Positions 9,649-20,028 of a DNA stretch of 64,000 nucleotides are shown piece after piece (the first letter of the stretch is position 1; each line of letters begins with the position of its first letter). Below the pieces are notes generated by a model, which did no database searches, was not told the origin of the DNA, and saw only the letters and a list, made by a program, of their open reading frames with translations. The stretch is taken from IMG/VR virus record IMGVR_UViG_3300028666_000022, positions 248,001-312,000 of that record; one strand, given 5' to 3'. The position numbers and the translations under genes are program-made.

Positions 9649-12414
9649 TTAAGCTCCTAGGTCTACAAATGATGCACCTGAAGGAGTAATTGTAAAAGTT
9701 ACTCCAATGTATTCTATGCTACGAGTTGGTTTTAACATTATCTCCCCGTAAAGCTCATTTCTGTCCATTGTCTCTGGAGTATTATTACTATCGTCCATTT
9801 TTAGTTTGAAATCAAGCAATCCTCTTTCTCTTTTTACTGTATCAAGAATTGGAGTAGCTTTGCTTAAGAACTGATCAATCGTTGTTTGATCATTTTGTTC
9901 AAAAACAAGTCTTATTGCAATGTTTGAAATTAAAACTTTTAGTTGAAGTAATAATCTACGAACATTAATTCTATTTAAAGCACTTTCTTTTACCTGTAAA
10001 GTTTTCTGTCCAAAGATTGCAGTACCAGAATCAGCAAAGTCAGCCATTGGATTTATACGACCTGTTCCGTACAGAAGATCCCTCGCCTCAGTAGATAATT
10101 TATATTTAGATTTTATTGCACCAGTTACACCTCTCTGTAAACCTGCTGGAGCAAACCAAGGATAAGCAACATTATCAGTAAATGCCATTGCTTTAACTAC
10201 TTCACCAGTAGGTGGAATATAAACATTGATATTATTCTGAGTATCCCTCATTTGTATCCAAGGAAAATAAGTACAAGCATAATTACTATCAATACCTGAA
10301 GTATCCATTAAATCAACAATATCTTGAGCAGCTAGTACATCTTGTTTAGTGCCACCAATTGTTTGAGGTATATCAACATCAGGACTATCAACAATATAAA
10401 GAGTATCAGTCCTTTGAGTTTCAATCATAGTGATGGTATCTTGTACTAAAATATTTTCATCACTCCAATTAATACCGGGAGTAGCAAAAAGATTGATTGT
10501 AACAGCTTCTGGATTTGCAAAAGTGTTGATTGCTGTTTCCCATGCTTGAAAATCATTAGTTGCAGAAACATTAGGATCTACACCATCGTAAATTCCACCT
10601 TGGGTATATAAATCACCATAAGAACGTGAACCTCTATTAACATCCCAACCATCAAAACCACCTGAAGGTACTAATGTGAATTTTCTAGTAGCTATAGCAT
10701 AATAAGTATTTAATGGATTAACTACATCAGAAATACCTCTAAATTGACCAGCACCTACCTCAAATTGACCAACTAATTCAGTTCCATCATGAAATGTTCC
10801 GGTTGCACCACTATCCATATGAAAACCTTTAGATTTAGTAAAACTTTCAGCATTACTATCACCAGTATTATTCCAACCATTATAATTAAAAAGGTTCTGA
10901 TTAATTCCATTTCCTACAACACCAGTTGCATTATAACCACTATTTGAAAGACCTAGATAAAAACGAGCTACTCTTTCATTTGGTTCATATTGTGTTTTAT
11001 AAAAAATCTTAGGAGCAATACCAGCTTTACCTGAAGTAGTTGTAGTTGCAGAAATAGCATAGTTATTAAGCATATAACCTTCAAAACCTGCTGGAAATGA
11101 ATCTGGATGTGCTTCTGTTGGCAATTCAACCATAATATATTTACTTAAAAGATTGTATTCACCATCAGTAGTACCAATTCTCTGCCCAATAAATCCAGAT
11201 GTACCCTTAGTCATATTACATTTAGTATATGTTTCTAAAATGTTTTGACTATCATCAGTATCATAAAAACTACGAACAACTACATCAAATTCTAAAGTAA
11301 TTGGATTAATGTTTTGTATACTAACCTTAATTTCTTGATTTGCAGCATCACCATCTGATATAGAAACAAATTTAAATAACCTACTTAATTTATTACCCTT
11401 TAATTGAGATACTACCCAAGGAGTTTCAGGTGTCTTAAATTGTGTTCTACGATTTGTAAATACACTTGATTTACAATCAATCAAAGTAGTATTAATTGCA
11501 TACCCAAATCCTTCTGCATCTAATTTTTTAATTAAATTAGAATAAACTGCTTCTGTCCAGATCTTACTTTTTTTGTCTTTTGCATCAATTCCTATAACAT
11601 TAGGTAAGAAATTACTTGCATCTGGATTTAATGAAACGCTATATGTTTCTGTTGAACCTGTAGAAACTGCGGTTAAGACGAAATTTCCAAAAAGATCACC
11701 ACTTGTGGTGGTTGTATTAGCACTTATGGTTAATGTACTAGTATCGAATACTGTAGTTGAAGGTAAATTTATATTATCTTGAACATAACCTCTACTTCTT
11801 ACTACTGCAAGAACCATATTTTCGTATTGACTATAAGAGGAACCTGAAAGTCTCGTAACTGTTTGATTTACAGTGCCTCCCGTAAGAGATAAATTTGTGA
11901 TCAGAAAAGTTATCGAATCTCCGGTGAATTGGGTTGCATTTATTTTTGTGAATCCTAAGAAGGTTGTTCCTGTTTGACCAGTTGCATAAATAGTAACACC
12001 TAAATATTCTGTTCCTGTAAATGGTACACCTGTTTGAGAACTACTAGAAACAATTCCTTCTGTAGCAGGATCAACTCCAGCACTTAATGTTATTGCCCAT
12101 GCTTTTCCAGCATCATAACCGCTAAGTCCCAGAATACGAGTTACATACATCTGATTTGACTCAGACATGTAAGCGTTAGCTATGTATGGAAGCTGATATT
12201 GTAGTTGATTATTTGTTGAAAATCTTTTAACACTCTGTGAACCAAATCTTTGTGCAAATTCACTTTGATCTTGTATAAAGATAGGTTCAAATGCTGGCCC
12301 CTTTAATGTTTCCCCAACAAGTCCTAACGTGGTAATACCTACGTTTTTCGAAACAAAACTCATGTCTCTCTCGATATATTTGACTCCTGGCGATGTGAAT
12401 ACAAATTCTGACAT
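9649..12414 (-). CDS. gp18: Tail sheath protein (T4 gp18-like)
   Basis: 921 aa; FTSPGV N-terminus, WFAPAG..RG, GRINP, GQKTLQ...ALNRINVRRLL, KPTRSIEYI. Confidence 0.95.
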   Translation of the reverse strand: MSEFVFTSPGVKYIERDMSFVSKNVGITTLGLVGETLKGPAFEPIFIQDQSEFAQRFGSQSVKRFSTNNQLQYQLPYIANAYMSESNQMYVTRILGLSGYDAGKAWAITLSAGVDPATEGIVSSSSQTGVPFTGTEYLGVTIYATGQTGTTFLGFTKINATQFTGDSITFLITNLSLTGGTVNQTVTRLSGSSYSQYENMVLAVVRSRGYVQDNINLPSTTVFDTSTLTISANTTTTSGDLFGNFVLTAVSTGSTETYSVSLNPDASNFLPNVIGIDAKDKKSKIWTEAVYSNLIKKLDAEGFGYAINTTLIDCKSSVFTNRRTQFKTPETPWVVSQLKGNKLSRLFKFVSISDGDAANQEIKVSIQNINPITLEFDVVVRSFYDTDDSQNILETYTKCNMTKGTSGFIGQRIGTTDGEYNLLSKYIMVELPTEAHPDSFPAGFEGYMLNNYAISATTTTSGKAGIAPKIFYKTQYEPNERVARFYLGLSNSGYNATGVVGNGINQNLFNYNGWNNTGDSNAESFTKSKGFHMDSGATGTFHDGTELVGQFEVGAGQFRGISDVVNPLNTYYAIATRKFTLVPSGGFDGWDVNRGSRSYGDLYTQGGIYDGVDPNVSATNDFQAWETAINTFANPEAVTINLFATPGINWSDENILVQDTITMIETQRTDTLYIVDSPDVDIPQTIGGTKQDVLAAQDIVDLMDTSGIDSNYACTYFPWIQMRDTQNNINVYIPPTGEVVKAMAFTDNVAYPWFAPAGLQRGVTGAIKSKYKLSTEARDLLYGTGRINPMADFADSGTAIFGQKTLQVKESALNRINVRRLLLQLKVLISNIAIRLVFEQNDQTTIDQFLSKATPILDTVKRERGLLDFKLKMDDSNNTPETMDRNELYGEIMLKPTRSIEYIGVTFTITPSGASFVDLGA

Positions 12415-12474
12415 AATTATTAATTTTTAATATTTATTATTATTTTTCAATTAATAGCCGAAACTATATTTTTT

Positions 12475-12689
12475 TATAAATACTAAAAATTTATCGAAAA
12501 GGCAAAATTTCATCATAAATGAAGCATTGTTATTATTGCTCATAAAACAATATTTCATTAAATTTCATGTTTTTTAGTTTAAATTTTTTAAAATTTTATT
12601 ATTTTTTATTGATTTTTCCTTAAATTTTAGAAGAAAAATATTTTCATTTTTTATAAAAATAATTATATAATGTAATTAAAGTATTTATA
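12475..12689. promoter_or_regulatory. Divergent candidate late promoters (AGTATTTATA on - at 12475-84 for sheath; on + at 12680-89)
   Basis: Exact motif copies oriented toward each flanking structural gene. Confidence 0.55.
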
Positions 12690-12706
12690 ATAAATTATAA
12701 ATTAAA

Positions 12707-14857
12707 ATGAACAAATCTCAGAGGATTTACTTAAATACTGGAACTACAGAAACAGATAAATATATTAATGTTCAATTAGAACAAAATGTGGATACTCTTG
12801 AATTCATGTCAATGAGTATTTCCACAAAAGATGTGTATCAGAACACCAATGCCGATTACGGCCTGATCGTGGGAAAAATTTTAGCGAACGGACTTGTTGG
12901 TGTTCCTAATGCCAAGATCAGTATTTTCATTCCTTTAACTGATGAGGACTCCAACATAGGAGAAATTTTTTCGATCTACCCTTATAAAACCCCACGTGAT
13001 AAGAATAATGAAGGTAAAAGATATAATTTACTTCCTAGAGTTTCAAGAATTGATACAATCACAAAAATCGCAAGTCCTCGCCAACCTTTTGGTTCATTTC
13101 CAACTAAAGAAGAGGTTTTAACTAATGATACTATATTAACAGTATATAAAAAATATTATAAATATACAACAACAAGTAATAATGCTGGTGATTATATGAT
13201 TTTTGGAGTTCCAACTGGAACACAAACTGTTCATATGAGTATTGATATTACCGATATTGGAAAATATTCAATGACACCTGCAGCAATGGTTATTAATTTA
13301 GGTTATTCTCCCAATTTGTTTATGGATAATAATTCAAAAATAAAACCAAGTAATGATTTAGGTGATTTACCACATATTGAAACACAAGAAATTAGTGTAA
13401 ATGTCGTTCCTTTTTGGGGAGATAGCCAAAATTTTATTATTGGAATTACTCGTCAAGATTTTAGAATAAGATCTGTTTTAACAAACACTTTTACTATTTT
13501 TGGAAGTGCTTTTACTGACAGTGGTACTGATATGTGGGGATTTAACACAAATACCCTTAAGGAAATATATGAAATTAATAAAGATTTAAATGTAAAATCT
13601 AAAAGAATTGGTAAAGTAACCGAGCGAATTTATTATTATCCTTCAAATATTTCAGACGCAGATATTGATGCTGGATATATTGATTCAGATCAAATGTTAT
13701 TATTAGATCCCACAGAATATTCAGCATATAAAAGAGATGGTGATTTTGCTTTTATTATTTCATGTAATAGAAATAAAATTATTACTGATGATTTTGAAAA
13801 TGAAGTTCCTGTACCTGAAGATTCAATTAATGGAATATTTACAAAATTTAGAGGTTTTATGACATTGGAAATAACACCAGATGATCTCCCAATGAATTTT
13901 CATAATGATCAGTTTTATCCTTTAAGATATAAACTAAAATTCCCACAACATGCAGATAAAGGTCATACGTTTGCTAAACCAAGTGCTGATATTACTACTC
14001 CCGCACCTGCGCCAATACCGGGATTTCCAGCTAGTGTTGTTGATTATAAATTAAGAGATATTGATAATAAAAATTGGAGACAACAACATTATACATTTAC
14101 TGGTGGTCAATTATATAGTGTTTCAAGATTTCATAGTACCGTATTTAATAATCAAGATGATGTTAATGTGAATCAAAACACTATATTAAATGTTGGTTTT
14201 ACTGGTGGAGACAAAATAAATTCACCATATAAATTAGATCAGGTACATGATGTAGGTATAATTCAGGTTAGTGATAGTGTTGGAGTAACTGGTAATACTG
14301 CAAATAATGTTAAAATGGTAGGTAATACTGTTGGTGCTGATGGAAAAACAAAATTTTTTGGTGCTAACTGGTTAAATTTAAGTGTTCATTTACCCCAAGT
14401 AGCATATGATATTAATAAACAAGCCGAACAAGGTGGAGGTAAGGTAATTTCAAATAGTGATTTCACTAAAGATCTTTATTTCAATTATTATGTTCACGAT
14501 AATATTCAAGATATTGCTGCAGGAGATACAAATACTAAATTTTTTGCTAGATCAGATATAAACTGGACTGACTTTATTAATGTTCCAGTAAGTGATATTA
14601 GGGAAATGGCATTAGTGCCAAGTAAGGGATTTACAGATAAAGATTTAAATTTACCTAATGTTGGTTTAGATGGAATCACGAAAAAATACTATAGAAATGG
14701 GAATAATATTCCTATAAATTGGACAAATCCTTGTCCTGTTAATGGTGGTAAAACTAATGGTGATATAACATTAAGTGGTGATCCAAAAACTTATTTTTAT
14801 AGAGGTTTTGGCGATGCTGATTGTATACAATTTCTTTCTGAACTAGGTATTGTTTAA
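12707..14857 (+). CDS. Putative virion structural protein (baseplate/tail-associated)
   Basis: 716 aa, Gly/Asn/Thr-rich, next to the sheath, preceded by the late-type motif; function inferred from context only. Confidence 0.5.
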   Translation: MNKSQRIYLNTGTTETDKYINVQLEQNVDTLEFMSMSISTKDVYQNTNADYGLIVGKILANGLVGVPNAKISIFIPLTDEDSNIGEIFSIYPYKTPRDKNNEGKRYNLLPRVSRIDTITKIASPRQPFGSFPTKEEVLTNDTILTVYKKYYKYTTTSNNAGDYMIFGVPTGTQTVHMSIDITDIGKYSMTPAAMVINLGYSPNLFMDNNSKIKPSNDLGDLPHIETQEISVNVVPFWGDSQNFIIGITRQDFRIRSVLTNTFTIFGSAFTDSGTDMWGFNTNTLKEIYEINKDLNVKSKRIGKVTERIYYYPSNISDADIDAGYIDSDQMLLLDPTEYSAYKRDGDFAFIISCNRNKIITDDFENEVPVPEDSINGIFTKFRGFMTLEITPDDLPMNFHNDQFYPLRYKLKFPQHADKGHTFAKPSADITTPAPAPIPGFPASVVDYKLRDIDNKNWRQQHYTFTGGQLYSVSRFHSTVFNNQDDVNVNQNTILNVGFTGGDKINSPYKLDQVHDVGIIQVSDSVGVTGNTANNVKMVGNTVGADGKTKFFGANWLNLSVHLPQVAYDINKQAEQGGGKVISNSDFTKDLYFNYYVHDNIQDIAAGDTNTKFFARSDINWTDFINVPVSDIREMALVPSKGFTDKDLNLPNVGLDGITKKYYRNGNNIPINWTNPCPVNGGKTNGDITLSGDPKTYFYRGFGDADCIQFLSELGIV

Positions 14858-14863
14858 AAATAA

Positions 14864-14886
14864 AAACCCACTCTTATGGTGGGTTT
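14864..14886. terminator. Intrinsic terminator between convergent genes
   Basis: AAACCCAC / GTGGGTTT stem, 7-nt loop. Confidence 0.7.
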
Positions 14887-14911
14887 AAATTTTTTTCATT
14901 AAAGATTTATT

Positions 14912-15400
14912 TTATTGTTTATTAAGAGTATATACTCCATTTACTAAAAGTGTTTTAATATCTGGTGCAATTAATTTTAATACTAATACTTTATTTATTT
15001 TATCATAAGATATTATTTGCCATACAATACCATTATCTAATGTAATTTGATTTAATTTTGTGTCTAAAGTTAAAAAATTATCTGTAGTATTACCAAAACA
15101 AGCATCAAGTAAATCACATAGATTTGCTCCACCATATCCAGAAGCATTAATTCTAATGTTTAAACTTAAAATTATTTTTCCTTTACTTCTTGTTACAGCA
15201 TCATAAGAAATTTCATCACAATTACTATATACCTTATTATTATATTGATATGAATAAAAATTCCACATGCCATTTAATTCAGTTAATGATATTAAACCAG
15301 TATTAGGATCATCTGGAGTAATTGTATCATCCTTTTTACAACTGGTTACTAATGTTACTATCGTGAACATTAGGGCTACAAATAAATTTATTTTTTTCAT
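14912..15400 (-). CDS. Bacteroidota-type lipoprotein, lipocalin-like beta-barrel
   Basis: MKK + hydrophobic stretch + LVTS-C lipobox followed by KKDD; LNGMWNF strand typical of Bacteroidota lipocalin-like lipoproteins. Confidence 0.72.
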   Translation of the reverse strand: MKKINLFVALMFTIVTLVTSCKKDDTITPDDPNTGLISLTELNGMWNFYSYQYNNKVYSNCDEISYDAVTRSKGKIILSLNIRINASGYGGANLCDLLDACFGNTTDNFLTLDTKLNQITLDNGIVWQIISYDKINKVLVLKLIAPDIKTLLVNGVYTLNKQ

Positions 15401-15466
15401 TTCAGTAAGTTTTTAGTTTAACATGATATATTATACGAAAATAATTCAAATTTGTTACAAATAATA

Positions 15467-15649
15467 TTACTCTAATTCAGAATATAACATCCAATTTAAG
15501 TTACTATTCATTTCTTCATTTAATTCATCAAATAATAAATCATTAAGTATTATTGTTACTTCTTTAATTAAAAGATCACCACAATAATAAAATTTTAATT
15601 TATCATCTAATTTAATATCTAATTTAATGTCAATAGTCGTGTTTTTCAT
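15467..15649 (-). CDS. Small acidic hypothetical protein (paralogue of 15665-15853)
   Basis: Shared LLFD.L..E....L.W....EL. Confidence 0.55.
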   Translation of the reverse strand: MKNTTIDIKLDIKLDDKLKFYYCGDLLIKEVTIILNDLLFDELNEEMNSNLNWMLYSELE

Positions 15650-15664
15650 ATAAAAAGAATTTTC

Positions 15665-15853
15665 TTATAATGAAGATTTTAATTCAAAACATATTTCCCA
15701 ACTCAATTCATCTTTTAGTTCATCATGTAATCCATCAAATAATAATGAACACAATAAACTTGGATTATAATTATATATACCATACGATTTGAATTTACGA
15801 TCTATATTAAAACATAAATCATCTATATAATATGCTGTTTCATTATTTTTCAT
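15665..15853 (-). CDS. Small acidic hypothetical protein (paralogue of 15467-15649)
   Basis: Shared C-terminal motif; MKN start. Confidence 0.55.
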   Translation of the reverse strand: MKNNETAYYIDDLCFNIDRKFKSYGIYNYNPSLLCSLLFDGLHDELKDELSWEICFELKSSL

Positions 15854-15875
15854 ATAAAATGTTTAATTTAAATTA

Positions 15876-15906
15876 CAAATCTAATAATTATTTTCTTATT
15901 TACAAA
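15876..15906 (-). promoter_or_regulatory. Bacteroidota-sigma-type promoter for the minus-strand island
   Basis: On - strand: TTTG, 19-nt spacer, TAGATTTG. Confidence 0.6.
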
Positions 15907-15925
15907 CATATTTTTCACTATTTAT

Positions 15926-17083
15926 ATGAAATATATTCTAGTGAAGATTCTATTAAATAGTGCAAGAAATATAAATTCGGTAAATGTAGATACATATCAA
16001 CAGATAGAGTTAAAAAATAAAACCAAACAAATTACTGAATATGTAGTTAATAATGTTTTAAGTGCTTCTGATATATTTGATGCAGAAAGGGAAGCTAATG
16101 AAGTTTATAGAATTTATGGTAGAATAGAATACTTATCTTTATTAAATGGTTTAAAAAAAAATTATAAAGTGGTTTCAGATTTTTTTCAGCCACAAACAAC
16201 AAATCAAAAAAATATTTTTAATTCATTTGAATTTTATTTACTTAAACCAAGCAATAATTTTAATAAATTAAATAATACTAAAACACAATATGGAAGATCT
16301 TTTGAAGTAATTGCAACACCAAATGATTTTGATTTATATGATGCTGGATTTTCTAAGAATGTTTTTGGAGAACAAACATTTACATTTAATTTCAATAAAG
16401 ATTATGATATTAGTGGTTATAGAGATTTTTTTAATTTTCCAATAACTGAGTTATTTTTATATGCACAATATTTACCTTCAGTAAATTTTTATAATGAGCC
16501 AGAGTTAATGAAACAAATTTTGTGGAATGATAATGGTAATCCACATAAAGTATCATTTGTACCGATTAGTTATAATGTTGGTGATATAATCGGTTATGAT
16601 TTAATTGATTATAATAAATCAAATTTTCAACAAATACAAAAATCAGAAGAAACATATTATATTACAACGCCATATCATGATGATTCTAATAATTCAAAAT
16701 CTCTTCAATGGAAATATAATCCATTTATTAAGCTTACTTTAAATAATTTTAGTAGCAATTTAAATAAAGCAAATACTGGAACAACAGCATATAAACAACA
16801 ATTATCTATTCCTAACTATGCAACATTATTGGGTGATGGAAATTATGTTTGGAGAGACATATTACCTCAAGGATTTATTGATCCAGTAACTGGTATTGGT
16901 ATTAATTTACCTTTTGTTAACAAAAGAAGATATTTATTTACAACAAACATTTTAAGTATTTCACCAGATTTAACTGATTCAAATACTAAAAGTGTGTTTA
17001 GTGAAATTAAGCTTAATTCATCAACAATATTAAATTATATTCCTGTGGATGATTTAAGTATGGTAGGAACACCTTGTCAGTAA
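15926..17083 (+). CDS. Putative virion structural protein
   Basis: 385 aa in structural context; ACTATTTATA abuts the ATG. Confidence 0.5.
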   Translation: MKYILVKILLNSARNINSVNVDTYQQIELKNKTKQITEYVVNNVLSASDIFDAEREANEVYRIYGRIEYLSLLNGLKKNYKVVSDFFQPQTTNQKNIFNSFEFYLLKPSNNFNKLNNTKTQYGRSFEVIATPNDFDLYDAGFSKNVFGEQTFTFNFNKDYDISGYRDFFNFPITELFLYAQYLPSVNFYNEPELMKQILWNDNGNPHKVSFVPISYNVGDIIGYDLIDYNKSNFQQIQKSEETYYITTPYHDDSNNSKSLQWKYNPFIKLTLNNFSSNLNKANTGTTAYKQQLSIPNYATLLGDGNYVWRDILPQGFIDPVTGIGINLPFVNKRRYLFTTNILSISPDLTDSNTKSVFSEIKLNSSTILNYIPVDDLSMVGTPCQ

Positions 17084-17112
17084 ATATAAATAATTATATT
17101 TTATAAAACATA

Positions 17113-17997
17113 ATGATTAGGCAGAAAATTAAACTCGATGGAACTACAATGAATTTAAATTTTACTTTAAGTTCAAATGATGATTTTTATGGTCAACAAC
17201 AAGAAATTGATAATTTAGTTCAAGCAGTTTCAAATAGTTTAATTAATCCAGAAAACGATGTAGAAGAACGTAGATTTAAATATAATCCAAATAATTCAAC
17301 AGCAATTTTAAATTTTCAATTTTATGATCAAATAAATAATACATATTCAAGTTCATTTACTGCTGCTGGTTTTACAAGTGATGAAATTACAAATAATAGA
17401 AATAATATTTTAAATAGTTTTTTTATATTAGATTTTTATGATAGTTTTGATGTTAATAGTCAAAATAAAATATTTACTACTTATTTAACTAAAATAGTTA
17501 ATAATTTCACAGGTGAGATAACACCATCATATTTAATTGATAGTGATAATTCTAATCAATATTATTATTGGAATATTCCAATATCATATATTAATTCACA
17601 AACACATTCAACTATTTTTGGTTATGTTAAATTTAGTTTTTATAATGCTAAAGATGGTACAATTACTACTTTTTATAATCCTGATTATGAAAATACATCA
17701 ATACCAAGAAAAATGTTTTTTAATGCTACTTTAGATTTGGTTAATAGAACATGGAGTATTAAAACTAATGAATATCCAGTAATTCGTCCTAAAGAATCAT
17801 TTAATAGTGTTATATATAATAACAAAATTAATGATGCTAATGCCAATTATAATAATACTAAACAAAATTTTCCTATTGGAAATACTTTTGATAGTTGTAC
17901 TGGTAAATATATTATTACAAATCCTTCTACAAGTAGTATTAGTACTACAACTTCTTGTGGAAGCACTTCATGTTGTTCTTGTTGCTGTTGTTGTTAA
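17113..17997 (+). CDS. Putative structural protein with Ser/Thr linker and poly-Cys C-terminus
   Basis: Ends STTTSCGSTSCCSCCCCC*. Confidence 0.55.
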   Translation: MIRQKIKLDGTTMNLNFTLSSNDDFYGQQQEIDNLVQAVSNSLINPENDVEERRFKYNPNNSTAILNFQFYDQINNTYSSSFTAAGFTSDEITNNRNNILNSFFILDFYDSFDVNSQNKIFTTYLTKIVNNFTGEITPSYLIDSDNSNQYYYWNIPISYINSQTHSTIFGYVKFSFYNAKDGTITTFYNPDYENTSIPRKMFFNATLDLVNRTWSIKTNEYPVIRPKESFNSVIYNNKINDANANYNNTKQNFPIGNTFDSCTGKYIITNPSTSSISTTTSCGSTSCCSCCCCC

Positions 17998-18006
17998 ATC
18001 AATAAT

Positions 18007-18024
18007 TATATATATATATATATA
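18007..18024. repeat. (TA)9 microsatellite between convergent genes
   Basis: Direct reading. Confidence 0.8.
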
Positions 18025-18035
18025 ATAACCTTTAA

Positions 18036-18800
18036 TTATGTAATAATATAACCAATCTTTGGTTTTCTTACTGTTTTTACTATTTCATATTCTTTTTCAT
18101 CTCGAATGAAACCAAGAATTTTTAAAGCATATTTAGAAATAAAAAACCTATCACCATCAATATTTTCAATTGTATTTGCTTCTGCAAATCCTTCAAATAA
18201 TAATGGCATTGGTGAACCCTTTATATTAATATATTCTTGACGCGAAGCAAAATTCTTAAGTACTTGTTCATCGTATTGGTTTACGTCTACTCTAAATTTA
18301 GTAATTAAAGCTACTTCATATGTTAAATCAACATTAACTGGTTCTGGCATTTTCATTTGTAAATATATTACTTCGCCAGCATCTAAAATAGGTACATTTA
18401 AATACCTGAATTTATGTGGTTGTGGTATGCGATATTTACTTCCTAATCTAGTACCAATTTGCTTGTCTATGCGCCTAACGGTTACGTATGGGCTAATAAT
18501 ATTGAGGTCTCCGTCTACAAACTTCCATGTCTTTGCTAATTCTGCAAATCTCTCATTTTCAAGATAATAGCTCTGAACATCTTTGCCATCAAGGGTTACC
18601 TTCATTTTTTCTTGACTCACATAATCAAAAACTCCTTGATCTAAATCTTCGAGTAAAATAGTTCTAGGTAAAAATTTTGTTTTAACGTCAGTAGCTTGCA
18701 TTAATTTTTCGATCTGTTCCATTCCATATTTTAAGAATTCTGTACCCGGTCTAGGAGGATTTACATCTAAAGTATATTTGATTTTGCTTGGAACTGACAT
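18036..18800 (-). CDS. Tail completion/sheath stabiliser (T4 gp15-like)
   Basis: PYVTVRR, MPEPVNVDLTYEVALIT...QY, KYALKILGF resemble gp15-type proteins; late motif at 18818-27. Confidence 0.55.
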   Translation of the reverse strand: MSVPSKIKYTLDVNPPRPGTEFLKYGMEQIEKLMQATDVKTKFLPRTILLEDLDQGVFDYVSQEKMKVTLDGKDVQSYYLENERFAELAKTWKFVDGDLNIISPYVTVRRIDKQIGTRLGSKYRIPQPHKFRYLNVPILDAGEVIYLQMKMPEPVNVDLTYEVALITKFRVDVNQYDEQVLKNFASRQEYINIKGSPMPLLFEGFAEANTIENIDGDRFFISKYALKILGFIRDEKEYEIVKTVRKPKIGYIIT

Positions 18801-18838
18801 TAAATTTAAATATTTATTATAAATACTTAATAAAACAA

Positions 18839-18869
18839 TTGCAAAATTAAATATTAATATCTATATTTG
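18839..18869 (+). promoter_or_regulatory. Bacteroidota-sigma-type promoter
   Basis: TTG, 20-nt spacer, TATATTTG; heads the 18.9-28.1 kb plus-strand block. Confidence 0.65.
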
Positions 18870-18887
18870 TCAAATAAAATATAAACT

Positions 18888-19226
18888 ATGTTAATAGAAC
18901 GTAAAGAAATTCTAAATGAAGATGGAAGTAGTGGATATATTGAAGCTATTTTCAATTCTGGCAATATATTAAAAACAACATATTTTCCTACTTTACAAAG
19001 ACTTTATATTGCATTTACCAGAGGACAAACATATTCTTATGGTAATTTTAAATCAGAAGATTATAAAAATTTTGAATCAGCAGAATCACAAGGAAAATTC
19101 TTTCATTCTAATATAAAAGATAAAAAAGAATATTCTTATCGAAAAGAATTTACATTATATCCTACTGAAGTTAAGGATATAAAACAAATTATAGAAGAAA
19201 ATAAGAAAGTTGAAGATGATGAATAA
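18888..19226 (+). CDS. KTSC domain protein
   Basis: S.NI....Y......LYI.F..G..YSY......Y..F..AESQGKFF...IK. Confidence 0.75.
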   Translation: MLIERKEILNEDGSSGYIEAIFNSGNILKTTYFPTLQRLYIAFTRGQTYSYGNFKSEDYKNFESAESQGKFFHSNIKDKKEYSYRKEFTLYPTEVKDIKQIIEENKKVEDDE

Positions 19227-19521
19227 GGATCAATATAAAAATATAATTGAGTTACAAAAACAAGCACTACGATTCTATGCCGATGAGAATAGTTATGTGA
19301 AAAAATTACCAAATTCAAATAATAATACAATTTCTTCTCATGTTGATTTAGATAAAGGAGAACAAGCACGTTTCGTTTTAAATCAAATAAAAAATCTCGA
19401 TGATTTTAATGAGAATATTAAATCAGAATATGATGAATATTTAAAATCATTAGAAGAAGAAAATGTTAATGGCGAGGATTTATTACAAGCTTTAAATAAA
19501 TTAAAAAAAAGATATAGATAA
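19210..19521 (+). CDS. Hypothetical protein
   Basis: ORF track; overlaps upstream gene. Confidence 0.6.
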   Translation: MKMMNKDQYKNIIELQKQALRFYADENSYVKKLPNSNNNTISSHVDLDKGEQARFVLNQIKNLDDFNENIKSEYDEYLKSLEEENVNGEDLLQALNKLKKRYR

Positions 19522-19542
19522 TTTTAAAAAATAAAACAATTT

Positions 19543-20016
19543 ATGAAAATATACATTAAATACCATAATCCTAAATGCAAGATTAAATCCTTCGGTAATT
19601 GGATTGATTTAAAATCTGCAGAATCAGTAGATTTAGAGAAATTAGAATTTAAATTAATATCTCTTGGAGTTTCCATGAAACTTCCCAAATTTTATCAAGC
19701 AAATATTGTACCTAGAAGTAGTACTTACATGAAATTTGGTATAATTCAAACCAATCATTATGGCGTTATAGATGGTCCAGATAATTATTCTGATGGTTAT
19801 TCAGGTAATGAAGATATTTGGAAATTCCCTGCTATTGCATTAAGAAATACTTCAATAATAGAAGGTGATAGAATTTGTCAGTTTGAAATAAAGCCAACAA
19901 TGCAAGCTCCTTGGTATATTAAATTAAGATGGTTATTCGACAATAAAATAAAATTCATTGAAGTTTTAGACTTAAAATCAAATAATCGTGGTGGTTTTGG
20001 AAGTAGTGGTAAATAA
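19543..20016 (+). CDS. dut: Trimeric dUTPase
   Basis: IDLKS, PRSS, GVID...Y.G, RICQF, C-terminal RGGFGSSG. Confidence 0.92.
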   Translation: MKIYIKYHNPKCKIKSFGNWIDLKSAESVDLEKLEFKLISLGVSMKLPKFYQANIVPRSSTYMKFGIIQTNHYGVIDGPDNYSDGYSGNEDIWKFPAIALRNTSIIEGDRICQFEIKPTMQAPWYIKLRWLFDNKIKFIEVLDLKSNNRGGFGSSGK

Positions 20017-20028
20017 AATAAATATATT

